From contig JAZDEX010000039.1 in the NCBI GenBank assembly GCA_043808405.1, forward strand, positions 1 to 48,288: DNA of 48,288 bases. The letters run 5' to 3'. The stretch is from Candidatus Omnitrophota bacterium. Lineage in GTDB: Bacteria > Omnitrophota > Gorgyraeia > Gygaellales > Profunditerraquicolaceae. The notes beneath the pieces were generated by a model that was given only the letters and a program-made list of their open reading frames with translations, was not told the DNA's origin and ran no database searches. Below, one piece after another: positions 29,474-38,835 of the stretch. Made by a program: the position numbers and the translations under genes. The first letter of the stretch is position 1; the number at the start of each line of letters is the position of its first letter.

Positions 29474-29549
29474 TCCCCCTTAGCTCAGTTGGTAGAGCAG
29501 GAGACTGTTAATCTCTTTGTCCTAGGTCCGAGTCCTAGAGGGGGAGCCA
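29474..29549 (+). tRNA. tRNA-Asn (GTT)
   Basis: 76-nt cloverleaf: acceptor TCCCCCT/AGGGGGA, D-arm GCTC/GAGC, anticodon loop CTGTTAA, T-arm CTAGG-TCCGAGT-CCTAG, G73 and encoded CCA. Confidence 0.95.
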
Positions 29550-29558
29550 TCTTTCGAG

Positions 29559-29588
29559 AGGCGTTACGGCTAGCCGTAACGCCTTTTT
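29559..29588 (+). terminator. Terminator after the tRNA
   Basis: Perfect palindrome AGGCGTTACGGCTAGCCGTAACGCCT followed by TTTT. Confidence 0.8.
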
Positions 29589-29668
29589 CATTGGGATTAA
29601 ACTTGTGCTTTTAAGGGGAGTCAGAAATATTTATTGCATAACATATTAGCAGAGCTATAATTTGTATT

Positions 29669-30415
29669 ATGGCTGTATTCCAAATAAACAGAAAAGCTGT
29701 TATTTTATTTTTGATATTTTTATTTCTGGGGATTTTTTTAAGCTTCGCAGCGCATGCGCCAAAATTCCTATATTACCTTAGTTTCTTTCGCAGCCGCGGT
29801 TTCCAAATAACAATTAAGATAGCTATTGTCCTGGCATTTTGCCTTTTAATATTCCGCTGGTTTACTAAGCGGGTATTACCTCAAAACGCGCTAAAATTAG
29901 TTTACGGGGTTATATTTTTACCGCTTATTCTTTTGCCGGTTTTTAGGTGTTATTTTAAAGTGCCTTATGTATTTTGCCGCGCCTGCCCTAATAAATGCCC
30001 TTGGGGAATATCAAGGGCATTTATCTTGAGCGCTTTCTTTGCGCTAAATTTATCAGGAAAGTTTTGGTGCTTCTTTCTTTGCCCCTTGGGCACTTTTCAG
30101 GAATCTCAGGCGCAGATCTCAAAACAAAATATTAAATTATCATTCCATAGCGGCTGGTTGGCTTATTTGGTTCTGATAATTGTAGCCTGGATGTATTTTC
30201 TGGCCTTAGCCGGGCCCCATGTTGTAAGTTATTTTTTTGCTGGGCAATATGATTGGATGAAAATAACCGTAGGCATTGCTATTTTAATTCTTGCCATAGC
30301 ATTTTTTATCCCAAGGTTTTGGTGCAGGTATTTTTGTCCGGTTAGCACTATTGCGGATTTAGTTTTAGATCTGCGCAGTTACTTATATAAAATCTTCTTT
30401 AAGTCTAAACAATGA
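29669..30415 (+). CDS. Membrane protein with Fe-S binding Cys motifs (Fer4_5/NapH-like)
   Basis: Multiple TM helices; CRACPNKCPWG, KFWCFFLCPLG, RFWCRYFCP. Confidence 0.75.
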   Translation: MAVFQINRKAVILFLIFLFLGIFLSFAAHAPKFLYYLSFFRSRGFQITIKIAIVLAFCLLIFRWFTKRVLPQNALKLVYGVIFLPLILLPVFRCYFKVPYVFCRACPNKCPWGISRAFILSAFFALNLSGKFWCFFLCPLGTFQESQAQISKQNIKLSFHSGWLAYLVLIIVAWMYFLALAGPHVVSYFFAGQYDWMKITVGIAILILAIAFFIPRFWCRYFCPVSTIADLVLDLRSYLYKIFFKSKQ

Positions 30416-31254
30416 AGGGGCTAAGAATGGGAAAAATATGGTTGGTAATTACCGTTGCATTTCTTTTATCCGGCTGTGCCGCAAAAATGGCTTTTTTGAA
30501 TACGCAAAAGACAGCTGAGGATGTTCAAAGGGATAGAGCTAATTGCCAGTCAATAGTCGATGCCTCTGATTTTAAAGATTCTGATTTAAAGCAAAAAAAA
30601 TTCAACCAGTGCATGAAAGATAAAGGGTATAATGTTGTTTCAGAAGGCCAGGCCGAGAAAATTCAAGGGTTCAAGGGGCTCTGGGTAAAGCCGGAAGTTG
30701 ATTTTAAAGCCTATGATGCAATTTTTATCGGTAAAGTGGATTTAAGCCAGGCGAAAATAAAAAATACCAATATTCCTGATACTAAAGTAAGCGATGAGGA
30801 TATAAATAATTTGGGCGAAGAGATGTTAAAGCGTTTCTCCAAGGCTTTGAGCGTTGTAATGCCGATTATTACGGATAGGGAGGCCGCGGCAGGAGAAAAA
30901 TTTCTTTATATCAACTTAAAATTGGATAATATTTCTCAGACTAATATCGGCCTTAACGCAGCATTAGAGGTAGCAGGTAAGTTTACGCCTGTGCCTTTGC
31001 CTGATGGCCCGGAAGGCGTATTTTCTTTCGAAGGGGCAATCGTTGATTATTCCAATAAAGAAAAATTGATGACTATTTCAGATGAAGTTAAATCAGGTAA
31101 AAATTCTTCTCTTGCGGGATTTGAGAAATTTTCGCATTGGCAGTGCGCCTATAATATTATGGATTATTGGGCAGACCATTTGGCAGCGTTGCTTGCCAAA
31201 GAGCGCGGCCAGAAATACAAATCACAGCTGGGGTTTAAATTAATTAATTTCTAG
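30412..31254 (+). CDS. Lipoprotein, DUF3313-like C-terminal region
   Basis: Lipobox FLLSGC (probable start ATG 30427); CMKDKGY motif; WVKPEVDFKAYD...YWADHL. Confidence 0.55.
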   Translation: MKGLRMGKIWLVITVAFLLSGCAAKMAFLNTQKTAEDVQRDRANCQSIVDASDFKDSDLKQKKFNQCMKDKGYNVVSEGQAEKIQGFKGLWVKPEVDFKAYDAIFIGKVDLSQAKIKNTNIPDTKVSDEDINNLGEEMLKRFSKALSVVMPIITDREAAAGEKFLYINLKLDNISQTNIGLNAALEVAGKFTPVPLPDGPEGVFSFEGAIVDYSNKEKLMTISDEVKSGKNSSLAGFEKFSHWQCAYNIMDYWADHLAALLAKERGQKYKSQLGFKLINF

Positions 31255-31311
31255 CGAGCGAGAAAGGTTTACGTAATTAAATTATAGTGACTTTTAACCA
31301 AGGAGGTTAGT

Positions 31312-32097
31312 ATGCCTTTAGCTCAACAATTAATATTTAGTATTCCGTCGGTTATTTTATGCGTTTTGATAATAATAATTGCGGTTGTTCTTTCCGTAGG
31401 CGGGACGCTTTTGGCACATCGCTTTATTCCTCTTCGTAAACTTAAAGTTCACAATGATATTGCCGGGCCGATTTTTGGCACCTTAGGGGTTATTTATGCG
31501 GTGCTGCTTGCGTTTATGGTAGTGGTTATTTGGCAAAAATTCGACCGGGCAAATACGAATGTCGAGATGGAGGTAAATTGCCTGGTGAATCTTTATGCTG
31601 ATGCCGAGCCTCTTGAGCAGGCTTTTAAGCAAAACGTGCGCAGCTCAATCATTAACTATACGAAAACAATAATTAATGAATGGGATATCTTAGCTAAGGG
31701 TGACCATAGTCCTGAGGGCCACAAGGCCATATTGAAGCTTGTTACGCTCTACAGTAGTTATTCTCCAAAGACTGAGACGGAAAAGATATTTTTTCAGGAG
31801 GCTGTGGGTAAACTTAATGATTTACTTGATTTGCGTATTTTGCGCTTTTTAGATGCCCGTACCGGGATTCATCCTTTGCTTTGGTTTGTGTTGATATTCG
31901 CGGGAGTAATTACTATTGCCTTTACGATTTTCTTTGGTTCAGAAAGTTTAAGCGCTAAGATTCTTATGTCTGTGCTTCTGGCGGTAGTGATAGCGCTGGT
32001 TTTATTTATCATATTAGAGTTTAGTTTTCCTTTTACCGGAAGCGCTAGGATATCCTGCGAGCCGTTTCAAAAATTAATTATGTATTTAGGGATATAA
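31312..32097 (+). CDS. DUF4239 (bestrophin-like) membrane protein
   Basis: HNDIAG, LGVIYAVLLAFMVVVIW, LWFVL, FPFTG; AGGAGG RBS. Confidence 0.75.
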   Translation: MPLAQQLIFSIPSVILCVLIIIIAVVLSVGGTLLAHRFIPLRKLKVHNDIAGPIFGTLGVIYAVLLAFMVVVIWQKFDRANTNVEMEVNCLVNLYADAEPLEQAFKQNVRSSIINYTKTIINEWDILAKGDHSPEGHKAILKLVTLYSSYSPKTETEKIFFQEAVGKLNDLLDLRILRFLDARTGIHPLLWFVLIFAGVITIAFTIFFGSESLSAKILMSVLLAVVIALVLFIILEFSFPFTGSARISCEPFQKLIMYLGI

Positions 32098-32106
32098 AAG
32101 GCAACT

Positions 32107-32994
32107 ATGAGAAAAATAAGATTTTCTGTTCTAATATTATTTTCATCTATTTTTTTATTGGCGGGCTGCACTTGCAAGATACTTGATTTAGAAAAGATAA
32201 AAACGCAGCTTGTTAAAGTGGATGACTGTACTCTAGGCTATAAAACTTTCGGCCAAGGGTATCCGTTGGTGATGATTACGGGTTATAGCGCAACAATGGA
32301 TATGTGGGATGCGAGGGTTTTAAGTAAGCTTGCCAGGCGTTATAAAGTAATTATCTTTGATAACCGCGGAATGGGCGCATCAACAGCATCGAATAAAGAG
32401 TTTAGCATTAAATTATTTGCCGATGATACCGCAGGTTTGTTTAAGGCGTTAAATATAAAACAGGCAAATGTGCTGGGTTATTCTATGGGGGCGAGTATTG
32501 CTTTGGAGTTTACGCTTAAATATCCTGAAATGGCGAATAAGCTTATTCTTTATGCTGGCAATTGTGGAGGAAAAGAACCTGTAAGCCCTACGCCTGAAAA
32601 TATGCAGAAATTAATTGATACTTCAGGCACGCCTGAGGAAAGAGGGAAAAGGCTGCTTAGGCTTTTATTACCTGAGCAATGGCTAAAAGATAATCCTGAT
32701 CCAGCTAAATATTTGCCTAAGATTACGGAAACCTCTTCCATGGTAATTATTGATCGCCAAACTAAAGCCTTAACTACCTGGGAGGGCTGCTATAGCAGGT
32801 TGCCTGATATTATTCAACCGGTCTTATTGATAACTGGGACAGAAGATGTAGTTACGCCAGCTGAAAATTCACTGATTCTTGCGAATCGTATTCCTTTGGC
32901 CTGGCTTGCGCAAATTAAAGGTGGAGGACATGGCCTGATGTATCAAAGCCCTCGAAAATTCAGCAAGGTTATACTGGCGTTCCTCGAAGATTAG
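32107..32994 (+). CDS. Alpha/beta hydrolase, putative lipoprotein
   Basis: LLAGC lipobox, FDNRGMG, GYSMG, GTED, GGHG. Confidence 0.85.
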   Translation: MRKIRFSVLILFSSIFLLAGCTCKILDLEKIKTQLVKVDDCTLGYKTFGQGYPLVMITGYSATMDMWDARVLSKLARRYKVIIFDNRGMGASTASNKEFSIKLFADDTAGLFKALNIKQANVLGYSMGASIALEFTLKYPEMANKLILYAGNCGGKEPVSPTPENMQKLIDTSGTPEERGKRLLRLLLPEQWLKDNPDPAKYLPKITETSSMVIIDRQTKALTTWEGCYSRLPDIIQPVLLITGTEDVVTPAENSLILANRIPLAWLAQIKGGGHGLMYQSPRKFSKVILAFLED

Positions 32995-33062
32995 CTTAAC
33001 TAAAATAGGGGAGTTTATGCATTGGTCCATAAATAATAAAAAAATAATAAAAAAATAAAATA

Positions 33063-33090
33063 TTGACAAACTCCGGAAAAGTGTTATACT
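33063..33090 (+). promoter_or_regulatory. Strong sigma70 promoter of the cold-shock gene
   Basis: TTGACA-16 nt-TATACT with extended -10 TG and upstream A-tracts; implies a leader of about 160 nt. Confidence 0.75.
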
Positions 33091-33255
33091 TCGTTCTAGT
33101 AAAAGTTTAGAGGTCTTGACCGTAAGGCGGAATATCTAACCTTGCGGTTTTTTTGCTTGTCATTGTTTGTCCTGTTAGGAATCCAATGTAGACAGGTAAA
33201 GATGAGGCGGATTTCTAATAGTTTACTAAATTTAAGAAAAAGGAGGTAACAAGCA

Positions 33256-33456
33256 ATGGCAAAAGGATCAGTAAAGTGGTTTAGCGATCAAAAAGGCTAT
33301 GGTTTTATCACCCCGGAAAACGGAAAGGATGTATTCGTACATCATTCTTCGATCAAGGGTGAAGGTTTTAAAACTTTAGCTGAAGGTCAGCAAGTCGAGT
33401 TCGACATCGAACAAGGCGCTAAAGGTGAACAAGCTACTAATGTAGTCAAGATATAA
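33256..33456 (+). CDS. cspA: Cold-shock protein (CspA family)
   Basis: [28 protein letters not shown]; AGGAGG RBS. Confidence 0.95.
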   Translation: MAKGSVKWFSDQKGYGFITPENGKDVFVHHSSIKGEGFKTLAEGQQVEFDIEQGAKGEQATNVVKI

Positions 33457-33471
33457 TCTTGGTTCAAATAT

Positions 33472-33505
33472 GGCCCGGGTCTTTTAAGAGATCCGGGCCT
33501 TTTTT
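33472..33505 (+). terminator. Rho-independent terminator
   Basis: GGCCCGGGTCTTT-TA-AGAGATCCGGGCC followed by T6. Confidence 0.85.
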
Positions 33506-33554
33506 ATGGTATAATAAAATAATTCATTAAAAAGCTTCATGAAAGATTAGGATA

Positions 33555-34241
33555 ATGGGTAATAAGAAAGCGAAAAAACGAACTAAAGCAGTGATTATCG
33601 CCTCTGGCGGTATGGATAGCACAACGCTGCTTTATGATATTATCGCCCAAGGTTATGAAGTTTACGCCTTGAGCATTAATTACAATCAGAAACATTTTAA
33701 AGAATTAGATTTTATCCGTAAAACCTGCAAGAAGCTTAAAATTCCGCATAAAATAATCGATTTATCTAGGGTAGGAAAAGAATTATTATTTGCTAGCGCG
33801 CTTACTTCTAATAAAATAAATATCCCTGAGGGAAATTATAAAGAAAAAAATATGAGATTTACAGTTGTGCCTAACCGGAATATGATTTTTTTATCTTTGG
33901 CCTCCGGATATGCTATAAGCCTGGGCGCAAAAAAAGTTTTCTATGGCGCCCATGCCGGAGATCACGCTTTATATCCTGATTGCCGAAAAAAATTTGTCCA
34001 GGCCATGCGCAAGGCTATTTCTTTAGCACATTGGGGGCCTTTAGAATTAGAAGCGCCGTATCTTAATTTAAGTAAAAGTGATATTACTAAGAAGGGTAAA
34101 ACGCTTGGGGTTGATTATGCGCTTACCTGGTCATGTTATCAGGGCAGAGAAAAAGCTTGCGGCAAATGCGGAACCTGCCAAGAGCGCCTCGCAGCATTCA
34201 AAAAAATAAGCATTAAAGACCCGCTTGAATACGAGAGTTGA
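33555..34241 (+). CDS. queC: 7-cyano-7-deazaguanine synthase
   Basis: SGGMDS, YNQKH, VPNRNMIFLS, YPDCR, TWSCY, CGKCGTC. Confidence 0.95.
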   Translation: MGNKKAKKRTKAVIIASGGMDSTTLLYDIIAQGYEVYALSINYNQKHFKELDFIRKTCKKLKIPHKIIDLSRVGKELLFASALTSNKINIPEGNYKEKNMRFTVVPNRNMIFLSLASGYAISLGAKKVFYGAHAGDHALYPDCRKKFVQAMRKAISLAHWGPLELEAPYLNLSKSDITKKGKTLGVDYALTWSCYQGREKACGKCGTCQERLAAFKKISIKDPLEYES

Positions 34242-34312
34242 TTTATTGTTATCCGCAGCTTATTTGTAATCCGAAAGCATAATCTCCAGGCTTTTTATTT
34301 ATTAAATAATAC

Positions 34313-34342
34313 TTGACATACCCCCTGGGGGTATGTTATATT
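34313..34342 (+). promoter_or_regulatory. csoR promoter with overlapping CsoR-type operator
   Basis: TTGACA (34313) and extended -10 TGtTATATT; inverted repeat ACATACCCCC-T-GGGGGTATGT (34316-34336), resembling the ATACCC...GGGTAT CsoR operators of Firmicutes. Confidence 0.85.
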
Positions 34343-34364
34343 TTAACTAGGAAAGGAGGCTAAT

Positions 34365-34646
34365 GTGAATAAATATCCTAGCTATGATGCGAATATGGTG
34401 GCGTTAAGAAGAATAGAGGGGCAGGTCCGCGGGTTACAGCGGATGATTGAGGATAGGCAGTACTGTGTGGATATTTTAACCCAGATTCATGCAGTGATTG
34501 CTGCTTTGGCGCGGGTGGAGGATAAAGTTTTAGAAGCGCATTTTGCGCATTGTGTTACCAAGGCGGTAAATGGAAGTTCTGCGAGCGACAAAAAGAAAAA
34601 ACTGGATGAAATACTTAAACTCATCCATCGGTTCCGTAAAATTTAA
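34365..34646 (+). CDS. csoR: Cu(I)-sensing repressor, CsoR/RcnR family
   Basis: LRRIEGQVRGLQRMIE, YCVDILTQI, HFAHCV (C-H-C ligand fingerprint); AAAGGAGG RBS. Confidence 0.9.
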   Translation: MNKYPSYDANMVALRRIEGQVRGLQRMIEDRQYCVDILTQIHAVIAALARVEDKVLEAHFAHCVTKAVNGSSASDKKKKLDEILKLIHRFRKI

Positions 34647-34663
34647 CAAGAAAGGAGATTCTC

Positions 34664-34867
34664 GTGAAGAATTTTATTATTATGTTAGTTATAGGTTTAG
34701 CTTTATTGTCCCAAGGTTCTGCTTTTGCCGGGCAATGCTGCGCTAAAGGGCAGTGCAAGGTTGGCAGCGTTGCTTGTTGTAAAGATGGCGTATGCAATTG
34801 CGCTGATAAGTCTTGTTGCGCAAACGGCGCTTGTAAATGTACTAAGGATTGTTGTAAAGCTAAATAG
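34664..34867 (+). CDS. Secreted cysteine-rich metallothionein-like peptide
   Basis: AAAGGAG RBS and GTG; 22-aa signal peptide ending AFA; 45-aa mature part with 13 Cys. Confidence 0.75.
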   Translation: MKNFIIMLVIGLALLSQGSAFAGQCCAKGQCKVGSVACCKDGVCNCADKSCCANGACKCTKDCCKAK

Positions 34868-34887
34868 GTAGTTTAGGTGTAAACTTT

Positions 34888-34930
34888 AACCCTCTACAAT
34901 AGGACTTTTGTTGCAGAGGGTTTTTGTTTT
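34888..34930 (+). terminator. Terminator closing the csoR two-gene operon
   Basis: AACCCTCTACAATAGG-AC-TTTTGTTGCAGAGGGTT followed by a T-rich run. Confidence 0.8.
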
Positions 34931-35080
34931 ATATTTATATTTTATGGTGTTCGTAGTTTTATGTACAGCTTATGGAATATATTATGTTGTAAAATTAAAG
35001 GCAAAGAGAAAGGTAAAGGTATAATTTTCTTGCTAAGTAAGCGGCTTTGTGATATAAAAAATACTAAGGAGGGACAAGCT

Positions 35081-35512
35081 ATGTTGAAGAAAGGTGTATT
35101 AGTTGTAGTAGCAGTTTTGGCTTTTGCCTCTGCTTATGCCCAAGATGGCACAGAGCAGGCGAAGGAAGTTTCTCAGGATCAAGTTATTAGCGTAGCAGTT
35201 GCGCCGCCGGCTACGCCGGCTCAGGGTGTTGCCAAAGACCAAGTTATAAGCATCGCGACTGCGGCAGTTAAGGAAAAAGGATTTGCCGCTGAAGAAGCGC
35301 AGATAATTTACGATGATGGCAACAAGCTATGGCTTGAGCAAATAGGTAAAATCGCCGGGGTGGACAATTCTCCTAATTACGGTGTGCTTAAGAGAGGATT
35401 TCTTAAGAATTATTATACCGTATATTTTGATTTTAAAGAGCCGCTTAAAGATGTCTGGGTTTTTATAGACAAAGATACTGGCGAGGTGTCGGAAGTATAT
35501 CAGGAGCAATAA
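35081..35512 (+). CDS. Exported protein of unknown function
   Basis: AAGGAGG and ATG 35081 (track start 34961); signal peptide ending AYA; short internal duplication DQVIS; C-terminal WVFIDKDTGEV. Confidence 0.65.
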   Translation: MLKKGVLVVVAVLAFASAYAQDGTEQAKEVSQDQVISVAVAPPATPAQGVAKDQVISIATAAVKEKGFAAEEAQIIYDDGNKLWLEQIGKIAGVDNSPNYGVLKRGFLKNYYTVYFDFKEPLKDVWVFIDKDTGEVSEVYQEQ

Positions 35513-35524
35513 TTTATTTTTTTA

Positions 35525-35566
35525 AAGAGCCCTCTGTCATTTTTTTAAGACAGAGGGCTCTTGTTT
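35525..35566 (+). terminator. Hairpin/terminator
   Basis: 14-bp stem AAGAGCCCTCTGTC/GACAGAGGGCTCTT. Confidence 0.7.
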
Positions 35567-35580
35567 ATCGGAGGGGGGCA

Positions 35581-35970
35581 ATGTTTAAGAAAATCGGATT
35601 TTTTATATTTGGTTTAATTTTAATGGTAAATATTTCTGGCTGCTTAGCGGTGGCTGCCGGAGCAGCAGGCGGGGCAGGCACAGCAACTTGGCTTGCAGGT
35701 AAAATTACTAAAGAGGTGGCAGCTACATTTGATCATTCTGTAAAGGCGGCTGAGTCGGGATTAAAATCATTAAACTTTCCAATCGTTAAACAGACAGTTA
35801 AATATGATGTTGCTCAATTTATTAGTAAATATACCGATGGAAAGACAATTTGGGTTGATGTTAAGCGTGTAAGCCAGAAACATACTACTATAGAGGTGCG
35901 TGTGGGCGCAGTTAAAAGCGATAATGAAGCAGAGCGTAAGATTATGGATAGGATTTTAAGATATTTATAA
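35581..35970 (+). CDS. DUF3568-family lipoprotein
   Basis: ISGC lipobox, AAGAAGGAG, TTIEVRVG. Confidence 0.75.
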   Translation: MFKKIGFFIFGLILMVNISGCLAVAAGAAGGAGTATWLAGKITKEVAATFDHSVKAAESGLKSLNFPIVKQTVKYDVAQFISKYTDGKTIWVDVKRVSQKHTTIEVRVGAVKSDNEAERKIMDRILRYL

Positions 35971-37005
35971 ATTTAGAATTTTCTGGCAGTAGCTGTAGAG
36001 TAGTTTTTTAGAGCGCTGGGATATTTTAGAGCGATCAAGCATAGAAGCCGCTTCTTGAATTAGGGATGCGACTTCTTTTTTTGCGTATTCCAGAGCGCCT
36101 GAAGTTTTGGCAATCTTACGCATGGAAGCCAGGTCGGTTTTGGTGACGGCCTTTTTATTTAGGATATGATTTATTTTAGTTCTATCTTTCTTTTTAGAGT
36201 TATTATAGGCATACCAGATAATTATAGTTTTCTTAGCTTCTTGCAAATCCGCTAATACAGATTTTCCGATCTTCTCCTGGGCGCTAAACATACTGATTAT
36301 GTCGTCTTTAATCTGAAATGCCCGGCCTAAATAAGCCCCGTATTGGAAAAGAGTGGTTATTTCAGATTCTTTTGCCCCGGATAAACTAGCGCCTATAGTT
36401 AAAGGGAAAGAAAATGTATAATAGGCGGTTTTAAGATCGTAGATTTTATAGATATCGCGTTGGGTAATTTTATTTATATCTTTTGCGCCGTATAAAAGCT
36501 CAATAAATTCGCCGCTTCCGGTATAAATTAGCGCGTCAATTAATTTACGCAAAGCCAATTCTTTACGTTCTTTTTTTTCATTGATACTTAAAAATGCTTG
36601 AAGGCCTAGCGCATACATTATATCTCCGGCAACTATTGTTAGGTCCTCACCGCTAAACTTAGCTTTTTTAAACTTTTTAAGATATTTGTTAAACATGGTG
36701 TGCATGGCAGGTTTACCGCGGCGAAGTTCGGATTTATCAATGATATCGTCGTGTACGAGCATGAAATCGTGTAGGAACTCTAAAGAAAGCGCGCTTCGAT
36801 AAAGGTTAGCCGGCTTATTTTTCGAGAATCCTAGGTAACCAATGATAAAAAGCGTGGGGCGCACGCGCTTGCCTTTTCTTAGAACGAATTCTTTGATGTT
36901 TTGGAAGAGAATGGGCGAAAGTTTGCTTAAAGAATAGCTTTTATCTAAATCAGTAATGAATTTGGGAAGCTCTTTCTCAATCCTATTTTTTATTTTATCA
37001 AGCAT
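35965..37005 (-). CDS. Polyprenyl diphosphate synthase
   Basis: GKRVRP, HDDIID..ELRRG, KTAYY, AFQIKDD; the only long minus-strand gene here. Confidence 0.92.
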   Translation of the reverse strand: MLDKIKNRIEKELPKFITDLDKSYSLSKLSPILFQNIKEFVLRKGKRVRPTLFIIGYLGFSKNKPANLYRSALSLEFLHDFMLVHDDIIDKSELRRGKPAMHTMFNKYLKKFKKAKFSGEDLTIVAGDIMYALGLQAFLSINEKKERKELALRKLIDALIYTGSGEFIELLYGAKDINKITQRDIYKIYDLKTAYYTFSFPLTIGASLSGAKESEITTLFQYGAYLGRAFQIKDDIISMFSAQEKIGKSVLADLQEAKKTIIIWYAYNNSKKKDRTKINHILNKKAVTKTDLASMRKIAKTSGALEYAKKEVASLIQEAASMLDRSKISQRSKKLLYSYCQKILNL

Positions 37006-37094
37006 GTTTTTATGTTAACATAGAGGGGTTATTTAGGCAAATAGAATCTAATATATTTTGTTAATCAGGTGTTGGTTAAAGAAGGAGAGGCGCA

Positions 37095-37844
37095 ATGAAG
37101 AAGTTAGTTTTAATCAGACATGGGGAAAGTGTTTGGAATAAAGAAAATCGTTTTACTGGCTGGACTGATGTGGATCTTTCGGAGAAGGGGCTTGTTGAAG
37201 CAAGAAAAGCAGCGGAGGTTTTAAAAAAAGAAGGTTTTACGTTTGACGTAGCTTATACTTCGGTTTTAAAAAGAGCGATTCGCACATTGTGGTTTGTTTT
37301 AGATGGAATGGATTTAATGTGGATTCCGGTTTATCGCTCCTGGCGGTTGAATGAAAGGCATTATGGCGCGCTGCAGGGATTAAATAAAGCGGAAATGGCG
37401 GCTAAATATGGTGATGATCAGGTTCTAATTTGGAGGAGGAGTTATGATGTGCGTCCGCCGGAATTAGAAAAAACTGATGAGCGTTTTCCCGGTAAAGACC
37501 GCCGTTATAGCGAGCTATCTGAAAAAGAACTTCCTACAACTGAATGTTTAAAAGATACCGTGGCAAGATTCTTGCCTTATTGGCATGGGATACTTGCCCC
37601 GGCAATCAAATCCGGCAAAAGAGTTTTAGTCGCCGCTCACGGAAATAGTTTAAGGGCATTAGTGAAATATCTGGATAATGTTTCCGATGAAGCGATTGTG
37701 AGTATGAATATTCCTACCGGTATGCCTTTAGTTTATGAATTAGATGACGATTTAAAACCATTGAAGAGTTATTATCTAGGCGATCCGGAAGAAGTTAAAA
37801 AAGCCATGGAAGCGGTGGCTAATCAAGGTAAGGCGAAAAAATAA
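37095..37844 (+). CDS. gpmA: 2,3-bisphosphoglycerate-dependent phosphoglycerate mutase
   Basis: [33 protein letters not shown]. Confidence 0.97.
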   Translation: MKKLVLIRHGESVWNKENRFTGWTDVDLSEKGLVEARKAAEVLKKEGFTFDVAYTSVLKRAIRTLWFVLDGMDLMWIPVYRSWRLNERHYGALQGLNKAEMAAKYGDDQVLIWRRSYDVRPPELEKTDERFPGKDRRYSELSEKELPTTECLKDTVARFLPYWHGILAPAIKSGKRVLVAAHGNSLRALVKYLDNVSDEAIVSMNIPTGMPLVYELDDDLKPLKSYYLGDPEEVKKAMEAVANQGKAKK

Positions 37845-37881
37845 TTTTTTAAAGATGGCAAGCTATGAATAAAGAATAAGT

Positions 37882-38832
37882 ATGATTAAGCTTATAATTG
37901 ATTGGTTGGTGTATGATATTTTTAAAATGAAGCAAGGGGCTCTTTTTTCCGAAGCCCTGAATTTTTTTCTTTACGACACAATTAAAATTTTTCTGCTGCT
38001 TACTGTTATTATTTTTATTGTATCTTTTATCCGAACTTTCTTTTCTCCTGAAAGAACACGGGCCATTCTAAGCCACAAACATAAATTTACAGGTAATGTT
38101 TTAGCCGCTCTTTTAGGGATTGTGACGCCGTTTTGTTCGTGTAGCGCGGTGCCTTTATTTCTGGGTTTTATTGAAGCCGGGGTTCCTTTGGGCGCGACAT
38201 TCTCTTTTTTAGTCAGTTCTCCCATGATTAACGAGGTCGCTTTAATTATGCTCTGGGGGCTTTTTGGTTGGAAAATTGCTTTGATGTACATCGGAAGCGG
38301 GCTTATGATTGCAATTTTATCCGGTATAGTCATCGGTAAATTAAAAGTAGAAGATTTAGTCGAGAAATTCAGTCATAAAAAACCCTCGTGTTGTACCCAA
38401 GAAATAAAGCAGACATTTAATGATCGGATTGCTTTTTCCCGTGATTATACTAAGGATATTCTTAAGACGGTTTGGCTTTATGTAATTATCGGTATCGGCC
38501 TCGGGGCATGGATACACGGTTATGTTCCCGCAGACCTCTTGGCTAAATATGCCGGCAGGGGTAATTGGTTAGCGGTGCCTTTTGCGACATTGGTAGGAAT
38601 ACCTCTTTATTCAAATGCTGCTGGCGTTATTCCGTTAGTCAGCGCGCTTACTGAAAAAGGTGTGGCTATGGGCACAGCCTTAGCATTCATGATGGCCGTG
38701 ACCGGGCTTTCTCTTCCCGAATTCATAATTTTGCGCAAGGTTATGAAGCTTAAATTGCTTATTATTTTTATTAGTGTTGTTGGGGTTGGGATTATCATTA
38801 CAGGATATTTATTTAATTTTGTTCTGAGGTAG
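37882..38832 (+). CDS. arsP: ArsP/DUF318-family permease
   Basis: FFLYDTIKIF, TPFCSCSAVP, SSPMINE, GIPLYSNAAG, LSLPE. Confidence 0.85.
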   Translation: MIKLIIDWLVYDIFKMKQGALFSEALNFFLYDTIKIFLLLTVIIFIVSFIRTFFSPERTRAILSHKHKFTGNVLAALLGIVTPFCSCSAVPLFLGFIEAGVPLGATFSFLVSSPMINEVALIMLWGLFGWKIALMYIGSGLMIAILSGIVIGKLKVEDLVEKFSHKKPSCCTQEIKQTFNDRIAFSRDYTKDILKTVWLYVIIGIGLGAWIHGYVPADLLAKYAGRGNWLAVPFATLVGIPLYSNAAGVIPLVSALTEKGVAMGTALAFMMAVTGLSLPEFIILRKVMKLKLLIIFISVVGVGIIITGYLFNFVLR

Positions 38833-38835
38833 AGC

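Noticed and set aside
29474-33000. tRNA-Asn as the attachment site of an integrated island
   Set aside because: No integrase and no duplicate of the tRNA 3' end found in the window.
33091-33554. preQ1 riboswitch for queC
   Set aside because: GTTCTAG and AGAGGT occur in the wrong order in the csp leader, and a terminator separates it from queC.
23700-37005. Carotenoid pathway from the CrtI-like gene plus polyprenyl synthase
   Set aside because: The genes are about 11 kb apart on opposite strands, no phytoene synthase is present, and the CrtI-like gene is coupled to the fab-like cluster.
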